From Escherichia coli (GTDB lineage Bacteria > Pseudomonadota > Gammaproteobacteria > Enterobacterales > Enterobacteriaceae), in the NCBI RefSeq assembly GCF_024700885.2, contig NZ_CP117016.1: a stretch of 64,000 bases of DNA, one strand, 5' to 3'. The notes below the pieces were generated by a model, which did not search any database, had not been told where the DNA came from, and was given only the letters and a program-made list of their open reading frames with translations. The translations under genes were made by a program, and so were the position numbers. This document shows, piece by piece, positions 31,661 to 44,017 of this stretch (its first letter is position 1; every line of letters begins with the position of its first letter).

Positions 31661-32806
31661 TTATGATGAGAACTCCTGGCGAATTTGTTCCCCATGTTGG
31701 TCGAGCGTTGCCGCTCCCGGCATAACATGCGGGTCCGCGCAGCCGCTGATTTTTATCGGATTACCTGGCATCATTATTCCCCCGGCTTCAATCAACATAT
31801 TTCTCGCCTGAGTTTGTGGCAAATTAATGGCCTCAGCCACACTTAATAACGGCGCGACGGGCACACCAACTTCATGTATTTTGGCTAACCAAACTTCAGC
31901 TGCCTGCGTTTTTAACGTTCGCTCAATATATTGTTTAAGAATAGCCTGGTTTTGTACGCGTAAAATATTGCTGCTAAATCGGGGATCATTAACCAGTTCC
32001 GTAAGCTCCAGTGCCTGACATAACGCAGAAAAAAGCTTGTCATTACCACAACAAATAGTAATCGGCTTATCCTGAGTATCAAAAACATCAAAAGGTGCCA
32101 TGTAGGGATGGCGATTTCCCAGGCGTTGTGGTGACTTCCCTGTCGCAATATATGCCATCAGACCATGCTCCAGAAAACTCAGCGTGGCATCAAACATCGC
32201 TATATCGACATGCGCCCCTCTCTGGCTCTTTTCGCGGCCATAAAGTGCACTCACTATTCCGCTGAATAAATAGACACCGCCACATAAATCCGCAAGAGAG
32301 GTACCCACGCGCACTGGCGGAGCATCAGGGTACCCTGTTTCCATCATTATCCCGCTCATTGCCTGAATAATGGTATCGTAGGCAGGAGCATCTTTTAACG
32401 GACCGGTATGCCCGAAACCCGACGATGAAGCATATATGAGGCGCGGGTTGATTTCTTGTAACCTTTCCCATGAAAACCCCAGTTTTTCCATTGTACCTGG
32501 GCGAAAATTCTCAGCTAATACATCCGCTTGTTTAAGCATATTTATAAATATGCTTTTATCGTGATCATTCTTTAAATCAAGAACCACACTCTCTTTGCCA
32601 TGATTAATAAAACTGTAATAGAGTGACTGTCCATCCACATAGGGACCAAATGTGCGGGTATCATCACCATGACCTGGCGGCTCAACTTTAATTACCCTTG
32701 CGCCCATATTACAAAGAAGTTGAGTTCCGAAAGGCCCATTAAGGACATGCGTCATATCGATAACTAATAAGCCTTCAAACGGCCCTTTACATTCATTATT
32801 GGTCAT
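31661..32806 (-). CDS. yfdE: CoA-transferase family III protein
   Basis: 381 aa from MTNNECKGPFEGLLVIDMTHVLNGPF… (CaiB/BaiF family); track ORF starts 13 codons upstream. Confidence 0.9.
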   Translation of the reverse strand: MTNNECKGPFEGLLVIDMTHVLNGPFGTQLLCNMGARVIKVEPPGHGDDTRTFGPYVDGQSLYYSFINHGKESVVLDLKNDHDKSIFINMLKQADVLAENFRPGTMEKLGFSWERLQEINPRLIYASSSGFGHTGPLKDAPAYDTIIQAMSGIMMETGYPDAPPVRVGTSLADLCGGVYLFSGIVSALYGREKSQRGAHVDIAMFDATLSFLEHGLMAYIATGKSPQRLGNRHPYMAPFDVFDTQDKPITICCGNDKLFSALCQALELTELVNDPRFSSNILRVQNQAILKQYIERTLKTQAAEVWLAKIHEVGVPVAPLLSVAEAINLPQTQARNMLIEAGGIMMPGNPIKISGCADPHVMPGAATLDQHGEQIRQEFSS

Positions 32807-32879
32807 TTGCTTATACCTTGAAAAAAGCCGAAGGTGAAAAGACACTTCGGCATTTATGTAAAATCAATAACATGATTAA

Positions 32880-33824
32880 TTATGAAACCAGTCGACTGAC
32901 ATAAATCCACAAGGGAGCCGTGACGACAAAACCCAGTACGCTCACAGCCAATGACGCTGTACCAGTGCGGGTGTAGACATTAAACCGACTGGCAATAATG
33001 ATTCCGGAGAATGCCGGCGGTAAAGCGCCTGCCAGTACCATCATCTGCAAATGTTCGCTGTTCAAATGACATGCCATACCAACGAGAAGCAGCGCCAGTG
33101 GCATCAGAATCAGCTTCAGGAAGGTGTTATAAGCAATTTCGGCACTGAACTCGAATTTATGTGCAGCCAGAGTCAACCCCGCAGCGAATACCGCTACCCC
33201 TGAGTTAGCCTTCGCAATCAGATTAAAGGTTGGGTCCCATGCTGCCGGAATTTTTACCCCAACCAACACCAGGATCGTTGCCAGAACAGGTGCCCATACT
33301 ACTGGCTCCTTTGCCGCAGAAATTAATGCGCTCAGATTACTATTCTTCTTACCATCCGCTCCTGAGGAAGGATTCAGCAAATACAGACCAATAGGAATAG
33401 TAATTGCGTTAACAATAATAGAAATAATTGCTACCACTAAACCTGTTGATACGGAATCACCATAAATAGGGTCGAGAACTGCAAACCCCAGGAATCCGAT
33501 GGTAGGTGAGCCTGCAATTAATGCACATACTGCTGCTTCTGCATGGGTACGTTTAAAAAATTTGTAGCAACCAAACCAGGAGAAAAAGAAACATCCGACA
33601 ATAACCACAAGTGATACAAGGGTCAGGCGAGTGTCCGCAAAAATCATTTCCCTGTTTGCCCGGGTAATAGAAACAAATAGGGCCGCAGGAAGAGCGTAGT
33701 TTAATACCAGTTTATTAAATGCCCGAGCTTGATCTTCTGAAAAAGTTTCTCGTCTGCCGCTAAAATAACCCAACAGCATGATTACGATAATAGGCAATAA
33801 ATCGCCAATAAAAAATGTTAGCAT
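32880..33824 (-). CDS. yfdV: auxin-efflux-carrier family membrane transporter
   Basis: 314 aa polytopic membrane ORF; sits between yfdE and oxc as in K-12. Confidence 0.9.
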
Positions 33825-33892
33825 AATAGTATTTCCGATAAGGGTCCCCTCACCATCGATAATGAGTTGGCAAGAGGAGACGATGTCAGTAT

Positions 33893-35587
33893 TTAATTAC
33901 CAGCGACTTGTTTTGGGTTAAGTTTGGTAATATGGCCACTTTCAGTTCCTGCTGCAGGGTCGATGACCACATTAATAATGGTCGGTTTGCGCGACTGAAT
34001 ACCGGTAGTTAAAGCATGACGAAGTTCATCTGTCGTGGTGACGTTATAACCAACGCCACGAAACGCATCCATTAATTTGTCATACCTTGCATGGTGCAAT
34101 AGATCTGTTGGTGATGGTGCACCAGCGCCACTGAGATCAACACCGTCTCCTCTGTAGATGCCGCCATTATTAAAAATAACGATCGTCACCGGCAGGTTAT
34201 ATCGACAAATCGTTTCAATCTCCATCCCACTGAAACCAAAAGCACTATCACCTTCAATGGCGACAACCGGAGAACCAGAGGTCACGCTAGCACCGATGGC
34301 ATAGCCCATACCGATGCCCATGACACCCCAGGTGCCACAATCCAGACGACGACGTGGTTTATACATATCAATAATATTTCGTGCATTATCCAAGGTATTT
34401 GCCCCTTCATTAACTAAATAAATATCCTGGTTCTCACGCAATACATCGCGCACAGCACTCAATGCATTAAAGTAATTTAATGGTTGGGTATCTGTACTTA
34501 ACTTTTCATGCATTTTTTGCGCATTTTGCTGCTTGTGGATATTTAAAATATCGCGCCACACCAGCGGAGTCGTAAATGTGTTTTGTTTCAATTCTGCCAG
34601 CATACCTTGCATACTGGATGCAATATCGCCAACGACTGGCACAGCAATGGGGCGGTTGCTGTCAATTTCCTGCGGTTCAATATCCAGTTGAATAAACTGT
34701 GTATCTGCCGCCCATCCTTTTTTACCGTGCGCCAGTAACCAATTCAGTCGTGCACCAACAAGCATGACAACGTCAGCATTTGCCAGGGCAAACGAACGCG
34801 CAGCTGCCGCAGAAAGTGGATGCGTATCTTCCAGGATCCCTTTCGCCATAGACATTGGCAGGAATGGAATCTGGGCACTTTCAATAAATTCACGAAGCTG
34901 TTCATCAGCTTGTGAATACGCCGCGCCTTTGCCAAGGATAACTAATGGACGTTCAGCTTTTGCTAAAAGCGAAATTGCGCTAGTGACTGACTTCGGGCAT
35001 GGCAATAATGCTGGCGACGGATTTTCAACTTTAACAATCGTGGTTAACGCTTCGTCTTTTTCCATCGTCGCGGCCAGGACATTTGCTGGTAAATCAAGAT
35101 AAACTCCGCCAGGGCGACCCGATACTGAGACCCGGATAGCGCGTGCCAATGCAATGCCAAGATCCTGCGGCTGATTAACGCGGAATGCTGCTTTGGCATA
35201 CGGTTTTGCCGCATTCATTTGGTCCAGCTCTTCATAATCACCTTGCTGTAGGTCGACGATCGCGCGGTCGCTGGAGCCGCTAATCATGATCATCGGAAAA
35301 CCATTTACCGTTGCGTTGGCCAATGCGGTCAAACCATTGAGGAATCCTGGCGCAGACACTGTCAGGCAGATCCCCGGTTTTTGGGTAAGAAAACCGCTTG
35401 CCGCAGCGGCATAGCCTGCCGACTGCTCATGACGAAAACCAATATAACGAATGCCTTCCGCCTGGGCATGGCGCGCCATATCCGTCACAGGAATACCTAC
35501 AACACCATAAATAGTGTCAATATCATTCTGTTTTAATGCTTCAACGATGATATGCATACCATCTGTCATTTGAAGTTGATCTGACAT
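33893..35587 (-). CDS. oxc: oxalyl-CoA decarboxylase (ThDP-dependent)
   Basis: 564 aa ORF with ThDP-enzyme motifs (…GVVGIPVTD…, …[22 protein letters not shown]…). Confidence 0.95.
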
Positions 35588-35640
35588 GATTAATAACCTC
35601 GAAATTTTTATAAATTGGGAGCCAGAAGCCCCCGTTAATA

Positions 35641-36891
35641 TCAGATGGCGTGGTTTTGCTTCATTGCAGCAATTTCATCGTCGCTATAACCCAGCTCCTG
35701 CAATACAGCAGCGGTATGTTCACCTAATAGCGGCGCAGCTTTAATATCCGGCGTAAAGGCAGAGAATTTCATTGGACAACCAACTGTCAGATATTTTCCA
35801 CGCAACGGTTGTTCCACTTCGACGACACTGCCACTTTGGCGCAAAGAGGGATCAAGTGAAATTTCTTTCATACTTAAAACCGGTGCGCAAGGAATATCAA
35901 ACTGAGTCAAATAGGCCACCGCTTCATGTTTATCAATAGTGACAGTGTATTTTTCGATTTCAGCAAAAATATCGAAAATATGTGGCTGTCGGGCATGGGC
36001 TGTACTGTATGCCGGATCGGTAATCCAATCTGGTTTGCCGATGGCTTTACAGGTGTTTTCCCAGTTTTGCTCCTGAATAGTGAAATAAATATAGGCGTTA
36101 GGATCGGTTTCCCAGCCTTTACATTTCAGGATCCAGCCAGGCTGACCGCCACCACCCGCATTACCTCCGCGGGGAACTGCATCACCAAATGTGCCATTCG
36201 GATACTGCGGGTATTCTTCCAGATAACCCAATTTATCGAGACGCTGCTGGTCGCGTAATTTCACGCGGCAAAGGTTCAATACGGCATCCTGCATTGACAT
36301 GGTAACTCGTTGACCACGCCCCGTTTTTTCGCGATGCAGCAAAGCAGCAAGTAAACCGATCAGCAAATGCATTCCGGTGTTGCTGTCACCCAACGCTGCA
36401 GCGCTTACCAGCGGCGGGCCGTCCCAAAAACCTGTAGTGGATGCCGCACCACCCGCTGCCTGAGCAACGTTTTCATAGGCTTTTACATTCACATAAGGCG
36501 AACACTCATCAAACCCTTTGATCGAACCAAAAATCAAACGTGGATTGATTTCTTGAATATGCTCCCAGGTGAAGCCCATGTGATCAATGGCCCCTGGATG
36601 AAAGTTCTCGACTAAGATATCAGCTTCGCGGATCAGCTTTTCCATTACCTCTTTGCCTTCCGCTGTTTTGGTATTTAATTCAATAGAACGTTTGTTACTG
36701 TTAAGCATGGTGAAGTAAAGCGCATCGATATCAGGAATATCTCGCAGCTGGTGACGCGTTACGTCACCAACGCCGGGACGTTCAATTTTAATGACGTCAG
36801 CGCCAAACCAGGCCAGCATTTGAGTACAAGATGGGCCAGATTGCACACCGGTGAAATCGAGAACTTTAATTCCTTGAAGTGGAGTTGACAT
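35641..36891 (-). CDS. frc: formyl-CoA:oxalate CoA-transferase
   Basis: 416 aa ORF, family III CoA-transferase, beginning [20 protein letters not shown]…. Confidence 0.95.
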   Translation of the reverse strand: MSTPLQGIKVLDFTGVQSGPSCTQMLAWFGADVIKIERPGVGDVTRHQLRDIPDIDALYFTMLNSNKRSIELNTKTAEGKEVMEKLIREADILVENFHPGAIDHMGFTWEHIQEINPRLIFGSIKGFDECSPYVNVKAYENVAQAAGGAASTTGFWDGPPLVSAAALGDSNTGMHLLIGLLAALLHREKTGRGQRVTMSMQDAVLNLCRVKLRDQQRLDKLGYLEEYPQYPNGTFGDAVPRGGNAGGGGQPGWILKCKGWETDPNAYIYFTIQEQNWENTCKAIGKPDWITDPAYSTAHARQPHIFDIFAEIEKYTVTIDKHEAVAYLTQFDIPCAPVLSMKEISLDPSLRQSGSVVEVEQPLRGKYLTVGCPMKFSAFTPDIKAAPLLGEHTAAVLQELGYSDDEIAAMKQNHAI

Positions 36892-37142
36892 AGCAATACC
36901 TATTAGTTAATTAAATATATGTTAATTTAGCGTTTATTTAAGGCATAACGCCCTCTATAAATAATCCGCAAAATATCGTCGTAGCTGCACTCGATATTTT
37001 TAAATTCCTGTATCAAGTGCTGAAAATCATTTCATCGCCACTTCCAATTCCTTTCTGCATGGTAAGTAGTGAGGACGAAAAGAAGAATATGATAAATATT
37101 GGTTCGCGGTAATCAGAGAGAGCCGCGACATTTGTGATGTTA

Positions 37143-37160
37143 TTCTTACAACTGTAAGAA
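37143..37160. promoter_or_regulatory. putative EvgA box upstream of frc
   Basis: TTCTTACA-AC-TGTAAGAA, a perfect 8-bp inverted repeat with 2-bp spacer, about 250 bp upstream of the frc start. Confidence 0.4.
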
Positions 37161-37403
37161 GCGCCGGTGATTTACAAGTAAGGGTATGATTACGCCTTTT
37201 AAAGCGTACCATAAAACATAACATAATAAATGATTTGTGATGACACGGGATTATTGCGGTTTACTTTGAGGAAGATAAAATGCGAGTTTATAGAACCGCG
37301 AGCGCCAAATAATTTTATGACCACAACCTGTCGTATTGTGGTCATAAAAAATTGTCGGCTGGAGGGAGTTAAATCCTTTACCTCAATATACTGCCTGTCA
37401 GCG

Positions 37404-38036
37404 TTAGTTCACAAACAGTGCTTCGCTATCGACGATGATTCCATCTTCCGCACCTTTAAGCGCCAGGTTTGCCTCGTAGTATTGCTTTTTATCAAGCAGT
37501 TTCTGCGCATCAGCAAGTGCATTACGAGTCTGTTTGAGCGGCATCAGATATTGGTTTTCCATTACGCCAACACCGGCCAGGCGCAGCTCTTCCATTGCGC
37601 CCTTTTTATCCCCTTTCGCCATTTTTTCGTTGGCAATTTTTATCGCGGCTTCTTTTTCGGGTGTCGCTACATAACTCTCAGAAATTCCGACAGATGCATT
37701 AATGACAATATATTGGTCATCATTGACATTGGTCTTTTTACCTGGCTTAGCGAACTTTGCCCATTCGGTACTGTCATCTGACAACAAAGCTGAAGCTTCA
37801 TTGGTCAGTTCTTTTGCCTTTTCCGGATCGCCATGAAACAGAGCCAGGCGCGCTACCTGCACGTCACGCATCGCATATAAACCTTGTTCAGAGATACGCT
37901 CTGCTGCTGCCGTTTTCTGGGTTTGCTGAACTTGCTGAGTTTGCTGTTGTGCCGCTACCGGTGCATTATCAGCCGCCCATACAGTTGAAGATGCCAGAAT
38001 TGCTGTGACCATCGTAGCCATAATTAAACGTTTCAT
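37404..38036 (-). CDS. yfdX: periplasmic protein YfdX (EvgA-regulated in K-12)
   Basis: 210 aa ORF with signal peptide (…[14 protein letters not shown]), Ala/Gln/Lys-rich. Confidence 0.85.
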   Translation of the reverse strand: MKRLIMATMVTAILASSTVWAADNAPVAAQQQTQQVQQTQKTAAAERISEQGLYAMRDVQVARLALFHGDPEKAKELTNEASALLSDDSTEWAKFAKPGKKTNVNDDQYIVINASVGISESYVATPEKEAAIKIANEKMAKGDKKGAMEELRLAGVGVMENQYLMPLKQTRNALADAQKLLDKKQYYEANLALKGAEDGIIVDSEALFVN

Positions 38037-38171
38037 ACTTACCTCATTCTTTAACAGTTTTAGAAAACGCCGCCATCATATTGGGTGAGCATGAAATGAG
38101 AAATCAGAGAGCAACGGTCATTTTGAAAGGGTTATCTTACAGTTGTAGTTATTATCGCAAGAAGTATTTTA

Positions 38172-38189
38172 GTCTTACAATTGTAGGAA
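38172..38189. promoter_or_regulatory. putative EvgA box upstream of yfdX
   Basis: GTCTTACA-AT-TGTAGGAA inverted repeat about 135 bp upstream of the yfdX start. Confidence 0.35.
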
Positions 38190-38331
38190 TATGCTTCCTG
38201 TCGCAGAGAACTATTCTTATATACCACAAAGAGATGTCATTTATTATATCGATGTAAATACTGATTAATTAAATGTAAATACAGCCATAACATCGTAGGT
38301 TCTCAGTGAGCCATTCTCAGGATAACTTTCT

Positions 38332-38607
38332 ATGAAAGTAAACTTAATGCTTTTTAGCTTATTTTTATTGGTCTCTATTATGGCATGCAATGTTTTTGCA
38401 TTTTCCATTTCTGGTGGTGGAAGTGAGACGAGCTATAAAGAGACAGAAAAAACGTCAGTGATGACGACAACTCATTCTACAAAACTTCAGCCATCACAGG
38501 CGATTTTGTTTAAGATGAGAGAAGATGCGCTACCATTAAATCTCACAGAAGACATCACGCCCCCTTTTCCGACAAAGGCGAATTATCTTATTCATCCTGT
38601 GCGATAG
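38332..38607 (+). CDS. ypdI: small secreted/lipoprotein-like protein YpdI
   Basis: 91 aa ORF with hydrophobic signal sequence and Cys (…VSIMAC/NVFA…). Confidence 0.7.
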   Translation: MKVNLMLFSLFLLVSIMACNVFAFSISGGGSETSYKETEKTSVMTTTHSTKLQPSQAILFKMREDALPLNLTEDITPPFPTKANYLIHPVR

Positions 38608-38683
38608 CGTCTGTCACATGGCAGGTGAACAATCATATCTGTTGATGATGTGAGCACCTGCCCAAATGATCCATCCTGAACTA

Positions 38684-38926
38684 CTACCGCCTGCCATACC
38701 CCACCATAAAGCGAATCATCAAGCCACAAGCCGGGGCAAGAAACATAAATATCCCCGTCACTAGTTCATTACCGCCTGTTAACCACATGGTGAAGTAGTA
38801 AATGAGTGCAGCGAGGATCACCATGCCGAAGAAAGAAGAGACCGCCGAGACCACGTTCAGTACCTGACCGATGTATCCGCTTACGCAGACAATACACAGG
38901 GCGAGAAACATCCATAAATAAATCAT
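38684..38926 (-). CDS. yfdY: small inner-membrane protein YfdY
   Basis: 80 aa ORF with two or three TM helices. Confidence 0.7.
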   Translation of the reverse strand: MIYLWMFLALCIVCVSGYIGQVLNVVSAVSSFFGMVILAALIYYFTMWLTGGNELVTGIFMFLAPACGLMIRFMVGYGRR

Positions 38927-39278
38927 AGCTCAACCTCCTGCCGCGCTAAAAAACCTGTAACTTCAGTCACTTTAATAGTAAGACAATCCTTAACCTCTGG
39001 CAATTTTTGCTAAGCATCAATGAAAACAGCATGTTAAATGCAAGACTGTTGCGTACGGAAAAATATTTACTTTGCACGATTAATAATCAGTAGCTGAAAG
39101 CAGTCAGCCAGTGATAAAGTACAGATACCGCATTCATGCTCCTCGTGGTTATGTCCTGACTAGTCTTTACACTCTTTACAGGAACCATTGTCGTACATGA
39201 TGGCCCAACCAATTGAGTGTACCGCTGTCGACATGGAATCTTCTGCGATACAACAATTCGTATCTACAGAAGGTAACT

Positions 39279-40199
39279 ATGTTTCCACAATGCAAATTTT
39301 CCCGCGAGTTTCTACATCCTCGCTACTGGCTCACATGGTTTGGGCTTGGTGTACTCTGGCTTTGGGTACAGCTTCCTTATCCTGTTCTCTGCTTTCTCGG
39401 CACGCGTATTGGCGCAATAGCGCGACCATTCCTGAAACGGCGTGAATCTATCGCCCGTAAAAACCTGGAACTTTGTTTCCCACAGCATTCTGCGGAAGAA
39501 CGCGAGAAGATGATTGCCGAAAACTTTCGTTCACTCGGCATGGCGCTGGTAGAAACCGGCATGGCGTGGTTCTGGCCCGACAGTCGCGTACGTAAATGGT
39601 TTGATGTTGAAGGGTTGGATAACCTTAAACGCGCACAAATGCAAAATCGCGGCGTAATGGTTGTCGGCGTCCATTTTATGTCGCTGGAACTGGGCGGCCG
39701 CGTGATGGGACTGTGCCAACCAATGATGGCTACCTATCGTCCACATAATAATCAGCTGATGGAATGGGTGCAGACCCGTGGGCGCATGCGCTCTAACAAA
39801 GCGATGATCGGCAGAAATAATCTGCGCGGCATTGTCGGTGCACTGAAGAAAGGTGAAGCGGTATGGTTTGCTCCCGATCAGGATTATGGTCGTAAAGGCA
39901 GCTCCTTCGCGCCGTTCTTTGCGGTGGAAAATGTCGCCACAACCAATGGTACGTATGTCCTTTCACGTCTCTCTGGCGCAGCCATGTTAACCGTAACGAT
40001 GGTAAGAAAAGCGGATTACAGCGGATATCGTTTGTACATCACCCCAGAGATGGAAGGCTACCCGGCAGATGAAAATCAAGCCGCTGCCTATATGAACAAG
40101 ATTATCGAAAAAGAGATCATGCGCGCACCGGAGCAGTACCTCTGGATCCACCGTCGCTTTAAAACGCGCCCGGTGGGAGAATCGTCGCTATACATTTAA
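39279..40199 (+). CDS. lpxP: lipid A palmitoleoyltransferase (cold-induced late acyltransferase)
   Basis: 306 aa from MFPQCKFSREFLHPRYWLTW… (LpxL/LpxM/LpxP family); track ORF starts 22 codons upstream at 39213. Confidence 0.9.
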   Translation: MFPQCKFSREFLHPRYWLTWFGLGVLWLWVQLPYPVLCFLGTRIGAIARPFLKRRESIARKNLELCFPQHSAEEREKMIAENFRSLGMALVETGMAWFWPDSRVRKWFDVEGLDNLKRAQMQNRGVMVVGVHFMSLELGGRVMGLCQPMMATYRPHNNQLMEWVQTRGRMRSNKAMIGRNNLRGIVGALKKGEAVWFAPDQDYGRKGSSFAPFFAVENVATTNGTYVLSRLSGAAMLTVTMVRKADYSGYRLYITPEMEGYPADENQAAAYMNKIIEKEIMRAPEQYLWIHRRFKTRPVGESSLYI

Positions 40200-40554
40200 C
40201 AAACTGCTCTTACTCTTTCCCTCCTCAAATCAGCCATAATAACCTCATGGTTTTTATGGCTTTTTTCTTAAGGTTTTTTCCTTCGCTGAATCTCTAATTA
40301 TTACCGTCAGAAATTAAACTGTCGCCGATATGAGACACCTGTAAGTTACTAAAAGTAAATAAGAAAATGCCTCTTGTCTCGTTTCAGTTTTAGGCGTACA
40401 TTAGCGCCGTCTGGAGCAGTTTAGCTCAGAATTCTGGGGTGATGCCCACGGTAAAATACAGGACTTTTAAGGTCGTTTTGCCCGGTGTCAACTCACTGTA
40501 TCAGGTGTAATGAAGTCATTCAGGCGTAACAGTAATTACGCGGAGAGATGTAAA

Positions 40555-40626
40555 GTGAAATATTTCTTTATGGGCATTTCTTTTATGGTCATCGTTTGGG
40601 CCGGTACTTTTGCCCTGATGATCTAA
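40555..40626 (+). CDS. ypdK: 23-aa single-TM small membrane protein YpdK (GTG start)
   Basis: GTG-KYFFMGISFMVIVWAGTFALMI-stop, preceded by GGAGAG Shine-Dalgarno 7 nt upstream; matches my recollection of K-12 ypdK. Confidence 0.6.
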   Translation: MKYFFMGISFMVIVWAGTFALMI

Positions 40627-40690
40627 AAGCAAACTGTGCAATGAAAAACAGGAGCCATCAGGCTCCTGTTTGCATTTTTGAGGTCGGTGT

Positions 40691-41929
40691 TTATTCCGCG
40701 TTTTCGTGAATATGTTTGCTGCTGGCGGGTAGTAAACCATCGGCACGGAACATCGCTTTAATCCCACGAATCGCCTGACGAATACGGTCGCGGTTTTCAA
40801 TCAGTGCAAAGCGAACATGCGTGTCGCCGTAGTCGCCAAAGCCAATCCCCGGAGAGACACAGACCTTCGCTTCGTTCAGCAGCTTCTTGGCAAATTCCAG
40901 CGAGCCCATGGCAGCATACGGTTCCGGGATTTTCGCCCAGACATACATCGAAGCCTTCGGCATTTCGACCATCCAGCCCGCTTCATGCAGCCCTTTTACC
41001 AGTACATCACGGCGGCGTTTGTACTGTTCAGCAATGTCGCGCACGCACTGTTGATCGCCCTCCAGCGCCGCAATCGCTGCCACCTGCAACGGCGTAAAGG
41101 TGCCGTAATCGTGATAGCTTTTAATACGTGCCAGCGCGCTGACCAGCGTTTTGTTGCCAACCATAAAGCCGATACGCCAGCCCGCCATGTTGTAGCTTTT
41201 CGACAGCGTAAAGAACTCGACCGCCACATCGCGTGCACCCGGCACCTGCATGATTGACGGCGCTTTCCAGCCATCGTAGACGATATCGGCATAGGCCAGG
41301 TCATGGACCACCAGCACATCGTAGCGTTTCGCCAGCGCCACAACCTTCTCAAAGAATTCCAGCTCCACGCATTGCGCGGTTGGATTCGACGGGAAGCCGA
41401 GGATCATCATCTTCGGTTTCGGATAACTTTCGCGAATGGCGCGTTCCAGTTCGTTGAAGAAATCGACACCTTCCACCAGCGGCACTGAGCGTACCTGCGC
41501 CCCGGCAATCACCGCGCCGTAAATATGAATCGGGTAGCTTGGATTAGGCACCAGTACAGTGTCACCATGATCCAGCGTCGCCAGCATCAGATGCGCCAGT
41601 CCCTCTTTCGAACCAATGGTGACGATGGCTTCTGATTCCGGGTCGATCTCGACGTCGTAGCGATCCTGATACCAGCGGGAAATGGCGCGACGTAACCGCG
41701 GAATGCCGCGTGAAGTAGAGTAACCATGCGTGTCCGGTCGCTGGGCCACCGTACATAATTTTTCGACGATATGCGGCGGAGTCGCACCGTCCGGGTTACC
41801 CATACTGAAATCGATAATATCTTCGCCGCGCCGACGCGCAGCCATTTTCAGTTCAGCGGTAATATTAAAAACGTAGGGCGGGAGACGATCAATGCGCGTA
41901 AAGCGACGTTCAAGGCGAGTGTCAGCCAT
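40691..41929 (-). CDS. alaC: glutamate-pyruvate aminotransferase AlaC (PLP-dependent)
   Basis: 412 aa class I/II aminotransferase ORF beginning [21 protein letters not shown]…. Confidence 0.95.
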   Translation of the reverse strand: MADTRLERRFTRIDRLPPYVFNITAELKMAARRRGEDIIDFSMGNPDGATPPHIVEKLCTVAQRPDTHGYSTSRGIPRLRRAISRWYQDRYDVEIDPESEAIVTIGSKEGLAHLMLATLDHGDTVLVPNPSYPIHIYGAVIAGAQVRSVPLVEGVDFFNELERAIRESYPKPKMMILGFPSNPTAQCVELEFFEKVVALAKRYDVLVVHDLAYADIVYDGWKAPSIMQVPGARDVAVEFFTLSKSYNMAGWRIGFMVGNKTLVSALARIKSYHDYGTFTPLQVAAIAALEGDQQCVRDIAEQYKRRRDVLVKGLHEAGWMVEMPKASMYVWAKIPEPYAAMGSLEFAKKLLNEAKVCVSPGIGFGDYGDTHVRFALIENRDRIRQAIRGIKAMFRADGLLPASSKHIHENAE

Positions 41930-42305
41930 AATTTCCTCAGATTAACGTTAGCGCCCGGACCGTCCGAGCGACGCTGCCACGATGGTGGCTGTTTTGAAAA
42001 TAGCCTGATTAATTTCTGTCTGTCCAGCGTTTTAGAACATTTTTATCAATGGCTTTAAATGAGGAACTCCACTTCAAAAACAGGAAATTTATCTGCGCTA
42101 ACAAGAAAATTACCACTCATTTTATTAACATTATAATTTCAATAAATTTACCAAGCAGATGTGCATTATCAAGAGATGCATTGCTAATACACCATTTATC
42201 TTTCAATCCCCTTTTAAAATTGTGGTTTTTCCTCAAAAACGGCCTGCTGGTCATCAGCCTTCAGGTTACCTATCATAGAGGTTTAATCCTTATTCAGAGT
42301 CACCC

Positions 42306-44003
42306 GTGCACGAAATATTCAACATGCTGCTGGCGGTCTTCGATCGGGCAGCGTTAATGCTTATCTGCCTGTTCTTTCTCATCCGTATCCGCCTGTTTCG
42401 CGAACTGTTGCACAAGTCGGCACACTCACCGAAAGAGCTGCTCGCCGTTACCGCCATTTTCTCGCTGTTCGCCCTGTTCAGCACCTGGTCCGGCGTTCCC
42501 GTAGAAGGCTCGCTGGTGAACGTACGTATTATCGCGGTGATGTCAGGCGGGATTCTTTTTGGCCCGTGGGTAGGCATTATTACCGGCGTGATCGCAGGTA
42601 TTCACCGGTATTTAATTGATATCGGCGGCGTGACGGCGATCCCCTGCTTTATCACCAGCATTCTGGCGGGTTGTATATCGGGCTGGATCAACCTGAAAAT
42701 CCCCAAAGCACAGCGCTGGCGCGTCGGTATTCTCGGCGGCATGTTATGTGAAACGTTGACCATGATTCTGGTGATTGTCTGGGCACCAACTACCGCGTTG
42801 GGGATCGATATCGTCTCTAAAATCGGGATTCCAATGATCCTCGGTAGCGTCTGTATCGGCTTTATTGTGCTGCTGGTGCAAAGCGTTGAGGGCGAAAAAG
42901 AGGCCAGCGCCGCGCGGCAGGCCAAGCTGGCGCTGGATATCGCCAACAAAACGCTGCCGCTGTTTCGCCATGTCAATAGCGAGTCATTACGCAAAGTTTG
43001 TGAAATTATCCGCGATGATATTCATGCCGATGCGGTGGCGATTACCAATACCGATCATGTGCTGGCCTATGTTGGCGTGGGTGAACACAACTATCAGAAT
43101 GGCGATGACTTCATTAGCCCGACTACCCGACAGGCGATGAATTACGGAAAAATCATCATTAAAAACAATGATGAAGCCCACCGCACACCAGAGATTCATT
43201 CCATGCTGGTGATCCCATTGTGGGAGAAAGGCGTTGTGACCGGAACACTGAAAATTTACTACTGCCACGCGCATCAGATTACGTCATCATTACAGGAAAT
43301 GGCGGTCGGTCTGTCGCAAATCATCTCCACGCAACTGGAGGTTTCACGCGCCGAGCAGCTACGTGAAATGGCAAATAAGGCAGAGCTTCGCGCCCTGCAA
43401 AGCAAAATTAATCCCCATTTCCTGTTTAACGCTTTGAACGCTATTTCATCGTCGATCCGTCTGAATCCGGATACCGCTCGCCAGCTGATCTTTAATCTGT
43501 CGCGTTATCTACGCTATAACATTGAATTAAAAGACGATGAGCAAATCGATATCAAAAAAGAGCTGTATCAAATTAAAGACTATATTGCCATTGAGCAGGC
43601 CCGCTTTGGCGACAAGCTGACGGTTATCTATGATATTGATGAAGAGGTGAATTGCTGCATTCCCAGCCTGCTGATCCAACCGTTGGTGGAGAACGCCATT
43701 GTCCACGGTATTCAGCCTTGCAAAGGTAAAGGCGTTGTCACCATCAGCGTTGCAGAGTGCGGTAATCGGGTACGCATTGCGGTGCGGGATACCGGGCACG
43801 GCATCGATCCAAAAGTCATTGAGCGGGTCGAAGCGAACGAAATGCCGGGCAATAAAATTGGCCTGCTGAATGTCCATCATCGCGTGAAGTTATTGTATGG
43901 CGAGGGACTGCATATCCGCCGTCTGGAACCAGGAACGGAAATTGCGTTTTACATTCCTAACCAACGCACCCCTGTCGCCTCACAGGCTACGTTATTGCTT
44001 TGA
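42306..44003 (+). CDS. ypdA: LytS-type sensor histidine kinase (pyruvate-responsive YpdA)
   Basis: 565 aa, GTG start; 5TM-LytS N-terminal domain, GAF-like region and His_kinase/HATPase (…[11 protein letters not shown]…). Confidence 0.9.
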
Positions 44004-44017
44004 GCCGGAGTGATATT

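Noticed and set aside
37027-37224. 65-aa minus-strand ORF between frc and yfdX
   Set aside because: Sits in the frc 5' regulatory region spanning the EvgA-box-like repeat; no RBS seen and I recall no gene here in K-12.
37230-37781. 183-aa plus-strand ORF
   Set aside because: Lies antisense to and largely within yfdX and its upstream region; Cys/Phe/Ile-rich composition typical of a shadow ORF.
40516-41257. Track ORFs on both strands overlapping ypdK and alaC (94-146 aa)
   Set aside because: They overlap well-supported genes and have Arg/His/Ser-rich out-of-frame composition.
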